Of a stretch of DNA of 26,298 nt, positions 6,818 through 15,282 are shown piece by piece. The translations under genes were made by a program, and so were the position numbers. Origin of the DNA: a virus (lineage: Duplodnaviria; Caudoviricetes); the IMG/VR virus record IMGVR_UViG_3300029145_000021, positions 1 through 26,298 of that record. One strand, 5' to 3'. The notes below the pieces were generated by a model. That model saw only the letters and a list, made by a program, of their open reading frames with translations. It was not told where the DNA came from and made no database searches. Each line of letters starts with the position of its first letter. The stretch's first letter is position 1.

Positions 6818-6840
6818 ATTCTTTATTCGAGAGGTGAGAG

Positions 6841-7173
6841 ATGGCTTTAGACAAGCATCCTTCGAACTATGATCTAGGCGAGCTTGGCAATTTGGTTGAG
6901 GAACTGGAAGGGGAGCGTGAGGACATTCTCAAATCCCACGCCCGTTTGGCGACCGTCGAGGAAGATCTGAAAGTCGTTAAATCTGAGATATTCAAGCGGA
7001 TTGGGACAACCCCTCCTGAACCCCCATCCCAACAAAACGAAGCCGCGCCAGAGGGGGAGAGCTACTTCACGCCAGAGTCGCCAGATCCCTTACCGGAGTC
7101 CGCGTTTGAAAGCGCATCAACACCGCCCGTCGAAGTGACGCATTCGAACGGCCTCGCGCCAGAAACAGATTAA
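6841..7173 (+). CDS. Hypothetical acidic protein (coiled-coil N-terminus, Pro/Glu-rich tail)
   Basis: GAGGTGA RBS; 110 aa. Confidence 0.8.
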   Translation: MALDKHPSNYDLGELGNLVEELEGEREDILKSHARLATVEEDLKVVKSEIFKRIGTTPPEPPSQQNEAAPEGESYFTPESPDPLPESAFESASTPPVEVTHSNGLAPETD

Positions 7174-7177
7174 CTTA

Positions 7178-7318
7178 CCGGCAGGACAGCCCGCCCCACG
7201 GTCTCAAGTAAGCCTAATGCTTGCTGCGTCCTGTCGGCCCCTAATTCCAGCGGCGCTGGTACTATCTTCGTTAGATAGAGAACCCTGAAGTGAAGCGCTG
7301 GCGTTCTCGCCGCTGGAG
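7178..7318 (+). ncRNA. Two tandem three-way-junction RNA structures, function unknown
   Basis: CCGGCAGGAC/GTCCTGTCGG (7178-7187/7228-7237) and TCCAGCGGCG/CGCCGCTGGA (7246-7255/7308-7317), each enclosing two hairpins; no U-tract. Confidence 0.45.
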
Positions 7319-7342
7319 CCCTACCTGAAAGGAGGACTGATC

Positions 7343-7585
7343 ATGTCCGAACTGCACCCTGTAGAGAAATTCTACAACGGCACGCTCAAGACACTTGGCG
7401 TGACACGAGACTTCACAGCTGACCTGGTTGGCACTGCTGCGGGCGGAGCTGCTGCTTTCGCTGCCGCCATGTGGTTCTCCGGTCAGATGATGACGCTGGT
7501 GAATCCATTCGTGTGGACGAGCGCAGGCATTGGCGCAATCGTCGCAGCCATGCTCTGGCGACGTAATCGAAGAGACAACCTGTGA
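7343..7585 (+). CDS. Small two-TM membrane protein, possible holin
   Basis: AAAGGAGG RBS; two hydrophobic segments, basic tail WRRNRR. Confidence 0.6.
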   Translation: MSELHPVEKFYNGTLKTLGVTRDFTADLVGTAAGGAAAFAAAMWFSGQMMTLVNPFVWTSAGIGAIVAAMLWRRNRRDNL

Positions 7586-7887
7586 GCAACACACGTGGTC
7601 GCCAAGCTAACCTGGACGACACGAAGAACTACAGAGCAGAGATGGGCTTCCGCTTCAAACAGCGGGACTACACCTATTCTGACAGACTCCATCTCATGGT
7701 CATCTCCACCTACACGCAAGCAAGCGTGCAGGGAACTGATCAGAAGATCGTCCTGGTAGACAACGACCTCGGCAAACGAAAGCTCACGCTCTCAATCCTT
7801 GAGCTGCAAACCCTGTTAGACAAATGCGACAGAGCTTTGCGCAAAATGGAAATCGCCCGCACTAAAGTAGATGAGGTAACTCAATGA
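7582..7887 (+). CDS. Hypothetical protein
   Basis: GTGA and ATGA coupled to neighbours; 101 aa. Confidence 0.7.
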   Translation: MSNTRGRQANLDDTKNYRAEMGFRFKQRDYTYSDRLHLMVISTYTQASVQGTDQKIVLVDNDLGKRKLTLSILELQTLLDKCDRALRKMEIARTKVDEVTQ

Positions 7888-8267
7888 CAGATTACAAAGC
7901 CATCCGCACAGAGCTTGGCCTCACGCAGAAAGACCTTGGTGAACTGCTCGGCATTGATCCAACACAGATCAGCAAAGCAGAGAACGGACACGAAGTCCCT
8001 GCGATGTATGAGTATGCGCTGAAGGGGCTGCAAGCTGAAGCTGGACCAGCACCAGCACCAGACGGCGAGCCTGTTGATGTCCAGCCTCTCCACGACAGAA
8101 TTGCGGAGCTTGAAGCTCAACTTGTAGACACGAACAAGAAGCTATCTGATGCTAACGACAAGTTGCTCGCGGCTCCGCAAGCCACACCGACCACTGAGCA
8201 GCCTCAACCCAAAAAACGCCGTGGCCTTGGCCGCCCTAAAGGCGCTCAAGTGCATGGGATGGAGTAA
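7884..8267 (+). CDS. XRE HTH protein with coiled coil and basic tail
   Basis: YKAIRTELGLTQKDLGELLGIDPTQISKAENG; LHDRIAELEAQL coiled coil; KKRRGLGRPKG. Confidence 0.8.
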   Translation: MTDYKAIRTELGLTQKDLGELLGIDPTQISKAENGHEVPAMYEYALKGLQAEAGPAPAPDGEPVDVQPLHDRIAELEAQLVDTNKKLSDANDKLLAAPQATPTTEQPQPKKRRGLGRPKGAQVHGME

Positions 8268-8278
8268 GGTAGTCTACT

Positions 8279-8527
8279 ATGGCAGCGCGCACTAAGAAGA
8301 TCCGCCATTCCGATGAGGTTCGGATGAAGATCAAGGCCTCACAACTCATCAATCGACTGCAAAAGCATGTTGATGGTGAGGTCTATCTTGATGCGTCACA
8401 AGTCAGCTCCGCAAAGGCGTTGCTAAACAAGGTGTTACCGGACCTCAAAGCGGTTGAGCTTAATAACGGCGATGAAAACGGTTTCACGATCAACGTAACC
8501 AAGACCATTGTTGACCCTAAGTCCTAA
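8279..8527 (+). CDS. terS: Probable terminase small subunit
   Basis: Immediately upstream of and overlapping terL; KIKASQLINRLQKH...LLNKVLPDLKAVEL pattern seen in small terminases. Confidence 0.7.
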   Translation: MAARTKKIRHSDEVRMKIKASQLINRLQKHVDGEVYLDASQVSSAKALLNKVLPDLKAVELNNGDENGFTINVTKTIVDPKS

Positions 8528-9842
8528 CTTTCAATGCGCGCGTGTCTTCAGCCCGCTTGATAGACCAGCACGATACAAAGGCGCTCATGGCGGTAGAGGC
8601 TCAGGCAAATCACATGATAGAGCGCAGGCATTAGTCGAGCGCCATCTTGAACAGCCTGGAATGCGTAGCGTCTGTGTTCGTGAGGTACAGAAAACGCTCG
8701 CTGAATCTGCGAAGAAACTAATCGAGGACAAGATACAGCAACACGGCCTTGGCTCAGTGTTCGAAATCCAGAAGGATCGCATCATAACACCGGGCGGCGG
8801 CTCAATCCTGTTTCAGGGTATGCAGGACCACAATGCGGAATCGATCAAGTCACTTGAGGGAATGGATGTCGCATGGGTTGAGGAAGCCCAGACGCTTAGC
8901 GATAGATCGCTGACACTGCTCAGGCCAACTATTCGTAAGCCGGGCTCTGAAATCTGGTTCACGTGGAACCCGAGACGTAAGGCAGATGCGGTTGATAAAT
9001 TCCTGCGCGGTGAGAGCCCGCCAGAGGATGCAATCATTGTCCGCGCCAACTGGTCAGACAATCCGTGGTTTCCGCAAGTGCTTGACGATGAGCGCTGCCA
9101 TGACCTGGATCACTACCCGGATCGCTACCCGCATGTGTGGGAAGGCGAGTATGCAACGATTGTCGAGGGCGCTTACTACGCGAAGGACTTGGCGCTTGCG
9201 AGACAGCAGGGCCGCATAGGCAGGGTCACGAATGATCCGCTGCTGCCGATCCGTGTCTATCATGACCTCGCGTTTAGCAGCTCAGATCAAGCCGACGCAT
9301 ACACGATGTGGGTGGTGCAATTCGTTGACCGTGAAATCCGGGTGTTGGCGTATTACGAAACGCAAGGCCAGAGCCTGCAACATCATGTACGCTGGATACA
9401 GAACTGGATGCGCACAAATGATGTGAGCCATGTCATTCACCGCCTGCCACATGACGGCACGAGGCCAGACGGTTTGGGTAAACGCTTTGAGGATCACTGG
9501 AGAAGCGCCAGCACAGACGATTATGGCTGGACGGTAGGTGTTATCCCAAATCAGGGCAAAGGCGCGGCCATGCAGCGAGTAGAGGCAGCGCGGCGGCATT
9601 TTAACAAGGTCTGGTTCAACGAGAAAGAAACAGAGGCCGGACGTGAGGCATTGGCGTTCTATCACGAGCGCATTGATGAGAAGCGCCAGATCGGCCTTGG
9701 GCCAGAACATGATTGGTCATCACATGGCGCTGATGCGTTCGGATTGATGGCAAGTGACTATGTGGAGCGCCACGGCGAGCGCCCAAAGAAACGGGATTAC
9801 AGCTTTGACAAACAAGACAACAGCTCAGCGTGGTCGTGGTGA
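8508..9842 (+). CDS. terL: Terminase large subunit (PBSX/Terminase_3-like)
   Basis: Walker A GGRGSGKS, CVREVQ, IKSLEG, Walker B VAWVEEAQ, TWNP, C-terminal HDWSSHGADAF nuclease motif; TTG start uncertain. Confidence 0.95.
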   Translation: MLTLSPNFQCARVFSPLDRPARYKGAHGGRGSGKSHDRAQALVERHLEQPGMRSVCVREVQKTLAESAKKLIEDKIQQHGLGSVFEIQKDRIITPGGGSILFQGMQDHNAESIKSLEGMDVAWVEEAQTLSDRSLTLLRPTIRKPGSEIWFTWNPRRKADAVDKFLRGESPPEDAIIVRANWSDNPWFPQVLDDERCHDLDHYPDRYPHVWEGEYATIVEGAYYAKDLALARQQGRIGRVTNDPLLPIRVYHDLAFSSSDQADAYTMWVVQFVDREIRVLAYYETQGQSLQHHVRWIQNWMRTNDVSHVIHRLPHDGTRPDGLGKRFEDHWRSASTDDYGWTVGVIPNQGKGAAMQRVEAARRHFNKVWFNEKETEAGREALAFYHERIDEKRQIGLGPEHDWSSHGADAFGLMASDYVERHGERPKKRDYSFDKQDNSSAWSW

Positions 9843-11743
9843 CTGACGAAGAAACCGAAGTGCTCAGCGAGCATGACGAAATCCTGGCTAAGCTTGATGG
9901 CTGGTCTCGTGACATAGATCGCCACTGGTCAGAATGGCATGAAGAAGCGCAAGAGTGCCTGCGCTATACTGCGGGCCATCAGTACAGCCAGAAAGAGCTG
10001 TCAGACATCAAGGGTTCACGCAAAATCCCGGTCACGTTCAACCGGATCGGTCCTGTGATCGATGCGGTTGTCGGGTCAGAGATTCAGGGACGCCAACAAA
10101 CGCAGTATCAGCCGCGTGAGCTTGGAGATGCCAAGGTCAATGAGATGCTGACGGAAGGCGCTGACTGGCTTCGTGATCAGTCCGACGCTGATGGTGAAGA
10201 ATCGGATGCCAAGCGAGACGCTTTTATTTGTGGTCTGGGCGCTGTTTCGACAGAGATGGAGTATGAGGAAGACCCGCAAGGCAAGGTGATCTATCGCCGT
10301 CTTGAACCGGGCTCTGTCTTCCCTGATCCGAGAGCGCGTCAGGCCAATGCCTATGATGCCCGGTTTATCCGGCATCGTGACAAGCTGAGCCGTGACGAGT
10401 TCAAGGAACTGTACGGCGATGTGAACGGCGTGTTTGATGATGACGGGTTGATTGCCACGAATGACGCTGACCCGCGCAACAGTTACAAGGGCGATGATGA
10501 CACCAATGAAGAGGATTTGGTAACGGTAGACCTCTGGCAGTGGTATGAGGTCGATACGGTTATCCTGACGCCAAGCCAGGACGGCATGAGCGTGAAGGAA
10601 TACACTCGAGAGCAGTTTGAGGCGCTGGAACAGGCGGCGACTGAGCAGGGATACAAGCTGGAGAGCGTCACCCGGCGTCGTCGGCGTTATATGACGGCTT
10701 TGATGAGTGGTAAGACGTTCCTTGAGGAGCCTCGCCCGCTGGAGTTCAACAAGTTTACGATCCAGTTTATCACTGGCAAGCGCGATCAGGGTAAAGGCGT
10801 CTGGTACGGGCTTGTTCGGCCTATGATTGACCCGCAGAAGTGGGCGAACACGTTCTTCAGCATGTTGCTGCATATGATGCGCACGAATGCCAAGGGCGGC
10901 GTTATGGCTGAAGAGGGCGCGATTGGTGACAAGACCAAGTTTGAGCAGTCTCTGGCCAGCTCTGATGAGGTGACGATTGTTGCTGACGGCGCGATCAGCC
11001 AGAAAAAGGTCATACCGAAGCCGCAGCCTAACTACCCGGCAGGGATTGACCGGCTGATGCAAGAGGCGGTTGGGGCAATTCGTGATGTCACGGGTGTTCC
11101 GAGCGAAATGCTGGGGCTCACTGATCGTGATCAGCCTGGGGTTCTGGAAGCGCAGCGCAAACAGGCCGCTTATGGGCTTCTGGCGACGTTTTTCGAGAGC
11201 TTCCGGCGCTATCGCAAGCTGAATGGCGAGCTGTTGCTTGAGTTTATGAAAATGCTTGGCCCTGAGACGCTTGTGAGGGTCACTGGCGAGGATGGCATAC
11301 AACAGCATTATGTGCAGCTTCAAGCGCTTCTCGGCGGTCCTGACGCCAAATATGACGTGATTGTCGATGAGATGCCTGCTGGTCCGAACCAGAAAGAGCG
11401 CACATGGGCAATGATTACGCAAATCGTGCCTGCGGTGCGTGATCAGATGACGCCGGAGATGTGGGCCGAGTTTATCAAGTATAGCCCATTCCCTGACAGC
11501 CTGTCGATCAAGCTGCGCGAAATCATCATGAACGCTGAGCAGAGCCAGCAGGAGCAGATTATTCAAGCGCTGATGCAGCGAGTGCAGGGTATTGAAGGCC
11601 AGATGCAACAGGCTGGCTTCCAGATGGATATGCAGGACAAGGCTGCTGACATTCGGGCCAAGGACGCGAAGACTGAGCAGACACAGGTTGAGACGCTGGC
11701 AACGATCATGCGCCCAGACCCTGATCCGCAAGTCGTAATGTAA
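9830..11743 (+). CDS. Portal protein (P22-like)
   Basis: Follows terL; G.Q...P.TFNRIGPVIDAVVG.E, YGLVRPMIDPQKWAN, RDVTGV...LG motifs; C-terminal Q-rich coiled coil; start may be GTG 9839. Confidence 0.92.
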   Translation: MVVVTDEETEVLSEHDEILAKLDGWSRDIDRHWSEWHEEAQECLRYTAGHQYSQKELSDIKGSRKIPVTFNRIGPVIDAVVGSEIQGRQQTQYQPRELGDAKVNEMLTEGADWLRDQSDADGEESDAKRDAFICGLGAVSTEMEYEEDPQGKVIYRRLEPGSVFPDPRARQANAYDARFIRHRDKLSRDEFKELYGDVNGVFDDDGLIATNDADPRNSYKGDDDTNEEDLVTVDLWQWYEVDTVILTPSQDGMSVKEYTREQFEALEQAATEQGYKLESVTRRRRRYMTALMSGKTFLEEPRPLEFNKFTIQFITGKRDQGKGVWYGLVRPMIDPQKWANTFFSMLLHMMRTNAKGGVMAEEGAIGDKTKFEQSLASSDEVTIVADGAISQKKVIPKPQPNYPAGIDRLMQEAVGAIRDVTGVPSEMLGLTDRDQPGVLEAQRKQAAYGLLATFFESFRRYRKLNGELLLEFMKMLGPETLVRVTGEDGIQQHYVQLQALLGGPDAKYDVIVDEMPAGPNQKERTWAMITQIVPAVRDQMTPEMWAEFIKYSPFPDSLSIKLREIIMNAEQSQQEQIIQALMQRVQGIEGQMQQAGFQMDMQDKAADIRAKDAKTEQTQVETLATIMRPDPDPQVVM

Positions 11744-11744
11744 T

Positions 11745-11771
11745 CGCCTTCCGCTGAGGCGTTATTCAGCG
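11745..11771 (+). promoter_or_regulatory. Predicted H-type RNA pseudoknot in scaffold gene leader
   Basis: CGCC-ttc-CGCTGA-GGCG-ttat-TCAGCG. Confidence 0.55.
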
Positions 11772-11799
11772 AGACACTAGACCAGACCGGAGTGAACAT

Positions 11800-12792
11800 A
11801 TGTCTGAGACACAGGTTGTAGAACCCGTGAATGAAGAGGTTGTGCTTGATGACAACGCAGCCGCAATTGCTGAACAGCAAGCCGAGCTTGATGAGATCAA
11901 TAATCCTGATCAACCAGCAGAACCGGAGCCGGAACCGGAACAAAACGCCGAGCCGCAGGCCCAGCCTGACGATAAAGCCGCTAATCTGCAAAAGGCCCTC
12001 TCTGAGAGCCGGTATGCACAGCGGCAAACTCAACGCGAGTTGAGGGAATTGCGTGAACTGATTGCGAATGCAAATCCGCAGCAGAACGCGCCACAGGAGC
12101 AGCAGGTAGAGCTTGACCCGGACGGTGACCCTATGGGCACGCTGCGCTATGTCACGGCTCGCCTGCGCGCTTATGAGCACCAGGAACGGCAACGTCAGGC
12201 GCAGGCGGAGCAGGAGCAAGCTCAACAGCAATTTGAGGCAGAGATTCAGAATACATGGCGTGAAGGTGCTGAAGTGTTCCGCGCCGAGCAGCCTGATTAT
12301 GACAAAGCCGCTGAATACCTGATTGAATCACGGATCAGCGAGCTGAAATCGCTTGGCCACTATAGCCAGCAGGAACTGGCGCTACAGGGCTTTGCTCCGC
12401 AGCAAATCGATAATCCGAACCATCCGAACCCGGTCTGGTCTATCGAGGCGCATGTGAAAAACGAATATCAGGGCCTTGCCAGCACATCACGTCAGAACGG
12501 GCAAAATCCGGCTGCGCTGGTCTATGGTCAAGCGGTTGCGCGCGGTTATGTTGCTTCGCAAGATCCTCCTGCGGGCGATCCAAACCCGCAACCTGCGCCT
12601 GCACCTGAAAACGCCCCGGCTCAACAGCAGCTTGAGGCGATCAAGAAAGGCCAGCAGGCCCCGAAAACGACACGGGGCAGCGGCGGCGCGACAGCATCGG
12701 GAACTGTTACCGAGGAAATGCTGAACAACGCCAAGACAGACAAAGAGTTTAACGAGCTTTGGGCGCGATACGAGAAACAGTACGCGTCATAG
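11800..12792 (+). CDS. Capsid scaffolding protein
   Basis: Between portal and capsid; acidic N-terminus, ALSESR...coiled coils, Q/E-rich; GGAG RBS. Confidence 0.85.
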   Translation: MSETQVVEPVNEEVVLDDNAAAIAEQQAELDEINNPDQPAEPEPEPEQNAEPQAQPDDKAANLQKALSESRYAQRQTQRELRELRELIANANPQQNAPQEQQVELDPDGDPMGTLRYVTARLRAYEHQERQRQAQAEQEQAQQQFEAEIQNTWREGAEVFRAEQPDYDKAAEYLIESRISELKSLGHYSQQELALQGFAPQQIDNPNHPNPVWSIEAHVKNEYQGLASTSRQNGQNPAALVYGQAVARGYVASQDPPAGDPNPQPAPAPENAPAQQQLEAIKKGQQAPKTTRGSGGATASGTVTEEMLNNAKTDKEFNELWARYEKQYAS

Positions 12793-12801
12793 TTTGTTCA
12801 T

Positions 12802-12886
12802 CGGGTGCCGACTGCCCGCAATAGTCGAGATTCGCTACGGCCTGCGTCAAAGCCGATTCCGCCCGCTCACGGCGTCAAGTGAAGCG
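12802..12886 (+). promoter_or_regulatory. Three tandem predicted H-type RNA pseudoknots in capsid gene leader
   Basis: CGGGT-gc-CGACT-GCCCG-caat-AGTCG; CGC-ta-CGGCcT-GCG-tcaa-AGCCG; CGCC-CGCTCAC-GGCG-tcaa-GTGAaGCG. Confidence 0.55.
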
Positions 12887-12919
12887 CTTTCCCTAGAAAT
12901 TTAATCAAAGAGAAGCATC

Positions 12920-14023
12920 ATGGCTGAAACCGTTTTTGGCGTTAATTCGCCGGAGACGAATAAGGTCTGGTCACGCAAACTCTCGATTGAAGCGCTGAAG
13001 AAAACTTACGTCGGCAAATTCATCGGGACGGGTGCCAGCTCCCTTATTCAAGAAAAGAAAGACCTCAAGAAGACTGCGGGTGACCGCATTCGCTGCACTC
13101 TGCGCACTTTGCTTAACGGCGAAGGTGTTCAGGGCGACGCCATTCTTGAAGGTTCAGAAGAATCCCTCACGACCTACACTGATGACTTGCTCATCGATCA
13201 GGTCCGCCATGCGGCGGATGCTGGCGGGCGCATGTCACAGCAGCGTGTTCTGATGAACATGCGTACCGAGTGTCGTGATGCGCTGTCGGACTGGGCTGCT
13301 GCCCGGATGGACCGCTGGTTCTTTACGCAGATTTGCGGGTATACCGGCGGATCTGTCACCGAGCATGGCGAAACCTATGATGGCACAAGTTCCATCTATA
13401 CGGGTAACAATGCCACGCTCGCACCATCGACCAATCGTCACTTTTTCTCTGAAACCGGCGCGACCGCTGACGAGGATCTGGACAGCACGGGCGATGACAT
13501 GGCTCTGAGCCTTCTGGATGATCTGAAAGTCGAGGCTGAACTGGCCTCACCGATGATCAAGCCGGTCATGTATCAGGGCGAGAAACTGTATGTGGTGTTC
13601 ATCCACCCACGCCAGGAGCGTCAGCTCCGCGCCGAAGTCGGCACGGCGGGTTGGTATGACATCCAACGTGCATTGCTTGAAGGTGGAACTGGCAAGAGCC
13701 AGAACCCGATCTTCAAGGGCGGCGCTGGCATGTACAACAACATGATCATTCACACCTCTTCTCGGGTCACTCAGGGCGTTAACTCGTCTACGGGTGCGGC
13801 AATCAGCACTGTGCGTCGCGCGGTTCTGTGCGGTGCTCAATCGGCAGTGATCGGCTTTGGTCAGGGTGACAGCTTCGGAAGCTGGAACTGGGCTGAGGAA
13901 GAGAAGGATTATGCAAACAAGCTTGGCGTTGCGGCTGGGTGGATCGGTGGCCTGAAGAAAGCGCGCTATAACAGCGAAGACTTCGGCACGATGGTTCTCT
14001 CAACTTATGCGCCAGCAGGATAA
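12920..14023 (+). CDS. Major capsid protein (N4-gp56/DUF4043-like)
   Basis: KVWSRKL...DLKKTAGDRI...L.GEGVQGDAILEGSEESL...D.L.IDQVRHA...NPIFKG..G.YN...RAVLCGAQ...GLKKARYNSEDFG. Confidence 0.92.
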   Translation: MAETVFGVNSPETNKVWSRKLSIEALKKTYVGKFIGTGASSLIQEKKDLKKTAGDRIRCTLRTLLNGEGVQGDAILEGSEESLTTYTDDLLIDQVRHAADAGGRMSQQRVLMNMRTECRDALSDWAAARMDRWFFTQICGYTGGSVTEHGETYDGTSSIYTGNNATLAPSTNRHFFSETGATADEDLDSTGDDMALSLLDDLKVEAELASPMIKPVMYQGEKLYVVFIHPRQERQLRAEVGTAGWYDIQRALLEGGTGKSQNPIFKGGAGMYNNMIIHTSSRVTQGVNSSTGAAISTVRRAVLCGAQSAVIGFGQGDSFGSWNWAEEEKDYANKLGVAAGWIGGLKKARYNSEDFGTMVLSTYAPAG

Positions 14024-14035
14024 GGAGGGCTTGAT

Positions 14036-14443
14036 ATGGCTGTAGGAACCACTGGTCTTCAGTATCAGACCAAGCAAACGCACTTCCTGCGCAAGGATGT
14101 CAGTTACACGGATGACGGCACGACCGTTACTGTGGGCAAGCTGCCTCCCGGCGCGATTGTAGTTGGTGCAGGCGTGGTTGTGTCCACGGCGTTCAATGCG
14201 GGTACGTCCAACGTGCTTGACATTGGTACGTCAGGTGACGGGGACGGTTTTGCGACCGATCTCGCGCTCGGCACAATCGGCAATATCGTCTGGGACGAAC
14301 TGGCGACATCAAATGACCTGTATTCTACGGGCGAGGTTACTGTGACGGCGGCGGTTGCGTTGTCTGGCACAGCGGCCACGGCGGGAACGGGTCATGTGTA
14401 TGTCGAGTTTATCCCGGCTGATCCGGCAGTTGCTGCTTCGTAA
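14036..14443 (+). CDS. Small beta-rich virion protein (possible capsid decoration)
   Basis: Directly after capsid with AAGGAGG RBS; LPPGAIVV...VSTAFNAGTSNVLDIG pattern common at this position. Confidence 0.7.
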   Translation: MAVGTTGLQYQTKQTHFLRKDVSYTDDGTTVTVGKLPPGAIVVGAGVVVSTAFNAGTSNVLDIGTSGDGDGFATDLALGTIGNIVWDELATSNDLYSTGEVTVTAAVALSGTAATAGTGHVYVEFIPADPAVAAS

Positions 14444-15055
14444 ATGAGCACTTTTGCCACGCTCAAAGCTCGTGTTGCGGATGAGTTGAACCGGTCTGAC
14501 CTAACAAGCCAGATCGCAACTGCCGTGACACGGGCGATTGAGTATTATGCGAGAGAGCGGTTCACGTTCAACGAGGGCCGCTCTACCGCTGCCACGGTCG
14601 CGGACAATCAGTATGTCACGTTTCCATCCGGCTTGCGGGTGGTTGATGGCGTATTAGCGACTATTGGCAGTAACACCTATCCGCTTGTGCGGATGGAGTT
14701 TGACGAAATGGAGGCTTGGCACGGCGCGACGAACACGACCGGCCAGCCAATAGATTTTTCAGTTCGTGATGGTCAGTTCCGGATCTATCCGACCCCGAAC
14801 CAGGCTTACACGCTGACGGTTCTGGGTATCTATGACCAGTCTGCTCTGAGCGATGACACAGACACGAATGATTGGTGTACGGGACTTGCGCAGGATTTGA
14901 TCACTGCGCGGGCAAGGTACACGATCAGCCGCGACATCCTGTTTGACCAGGAGGGCATGACCCATGCTCGGTTAGCAGAGGTTGAGGCGCTGAAAGAGTT
15001 GCGCGGTGAGAGTGAGCAGCTGACCTCTGACGGCAAAGTGAGTGCAGGCTGGTGA
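14444..15055 (+). CDS. Head-tail adaptor protein
   Basis: TFATLKARVADELNRSDLTSQI...GQP..F......RIYPTPNQAYTL...L..DTDTNDW pattern of podophage adaptors. Confidence 0.8.
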   Translation: MSTFATLKARVADELNRSDLTSQIATAVTRAIEYYARERFTFNEGRSTAATVADNQYVTFPSGLRVVDGVLATIGSNTYPLVRMEFDEMEAWHGATNTTGQPIDFSVRDGQFRIYPTPNQAYTLTVLGIYDQSALSDDTDTNDWCTGLAQDLITARARYTISRDILFDQEGMTHARLAEVEALKELRGESEQLTSDGKVSAGW

Positions 15056-15282
15056 TCAAGGTCAGCCCGCAAGCCCCGTTATGGGCTCGCCAGTTAGTGA
15101 CAGACATTAACCGCGAATTGAACCGCTCAGGCCCTGTGAGGCTTCCAGAGTTTGCCGACAGCGCGGCTTTGCCCTCTGCCAGCGATTACCGTTCCCACGC
15201 GGTGTTCAAGAAAGACATAGACATGATTTGCGTTTCCGATGGCACGGATTGGCGGCGCGTTGATACAGGAGCGACTGTGTAA
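15052..15282 (+). CDS. Small hypothetical virion/tail protein
   Basis: GTGA overlap; LPSA...SDGTDWRRV motif typical of tail-associated proteins. Confidence 0.7.
   Translation: MIKVSPQAPLWARQLVTDINRELNRSGPVRLPEFADSAALPSASDYRSHAVFKKDIDMICVSDGTDWRRVDTGATV

Noticed and set aside
7246-7317. Possible hammerhead ribozyme (three-way junction with CUGGUA and AGAAC)
   Set aside because: Core does not match the required CUGANGA and GAAA; retained only as an unknown structured RNA
6636-7342. tRNA genes or intrinsic terminators in the late leader
   Set aside because: No cloverleaf with TTC loop and anticodon arm; stems are not followed by U-tracts
10076-11731. 551-aa antisense ORF inside the portal gene
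   Set aside because: Codon-aligned with the portal frame, so stops would need sense TTA/CTA/TCA codons, which are rare in this gene; no recognisable motifs; shadow ORF
14021-14446. Capsid, 14036 gene and adaptor are all in the same frame, suggesting stop read-through fusions
   Set aside because: Stops are TAA, the spacer is simply the next gene's AAGGAGG RBS, and no recoding signal is visible; in-frame neighbours arise often by chance
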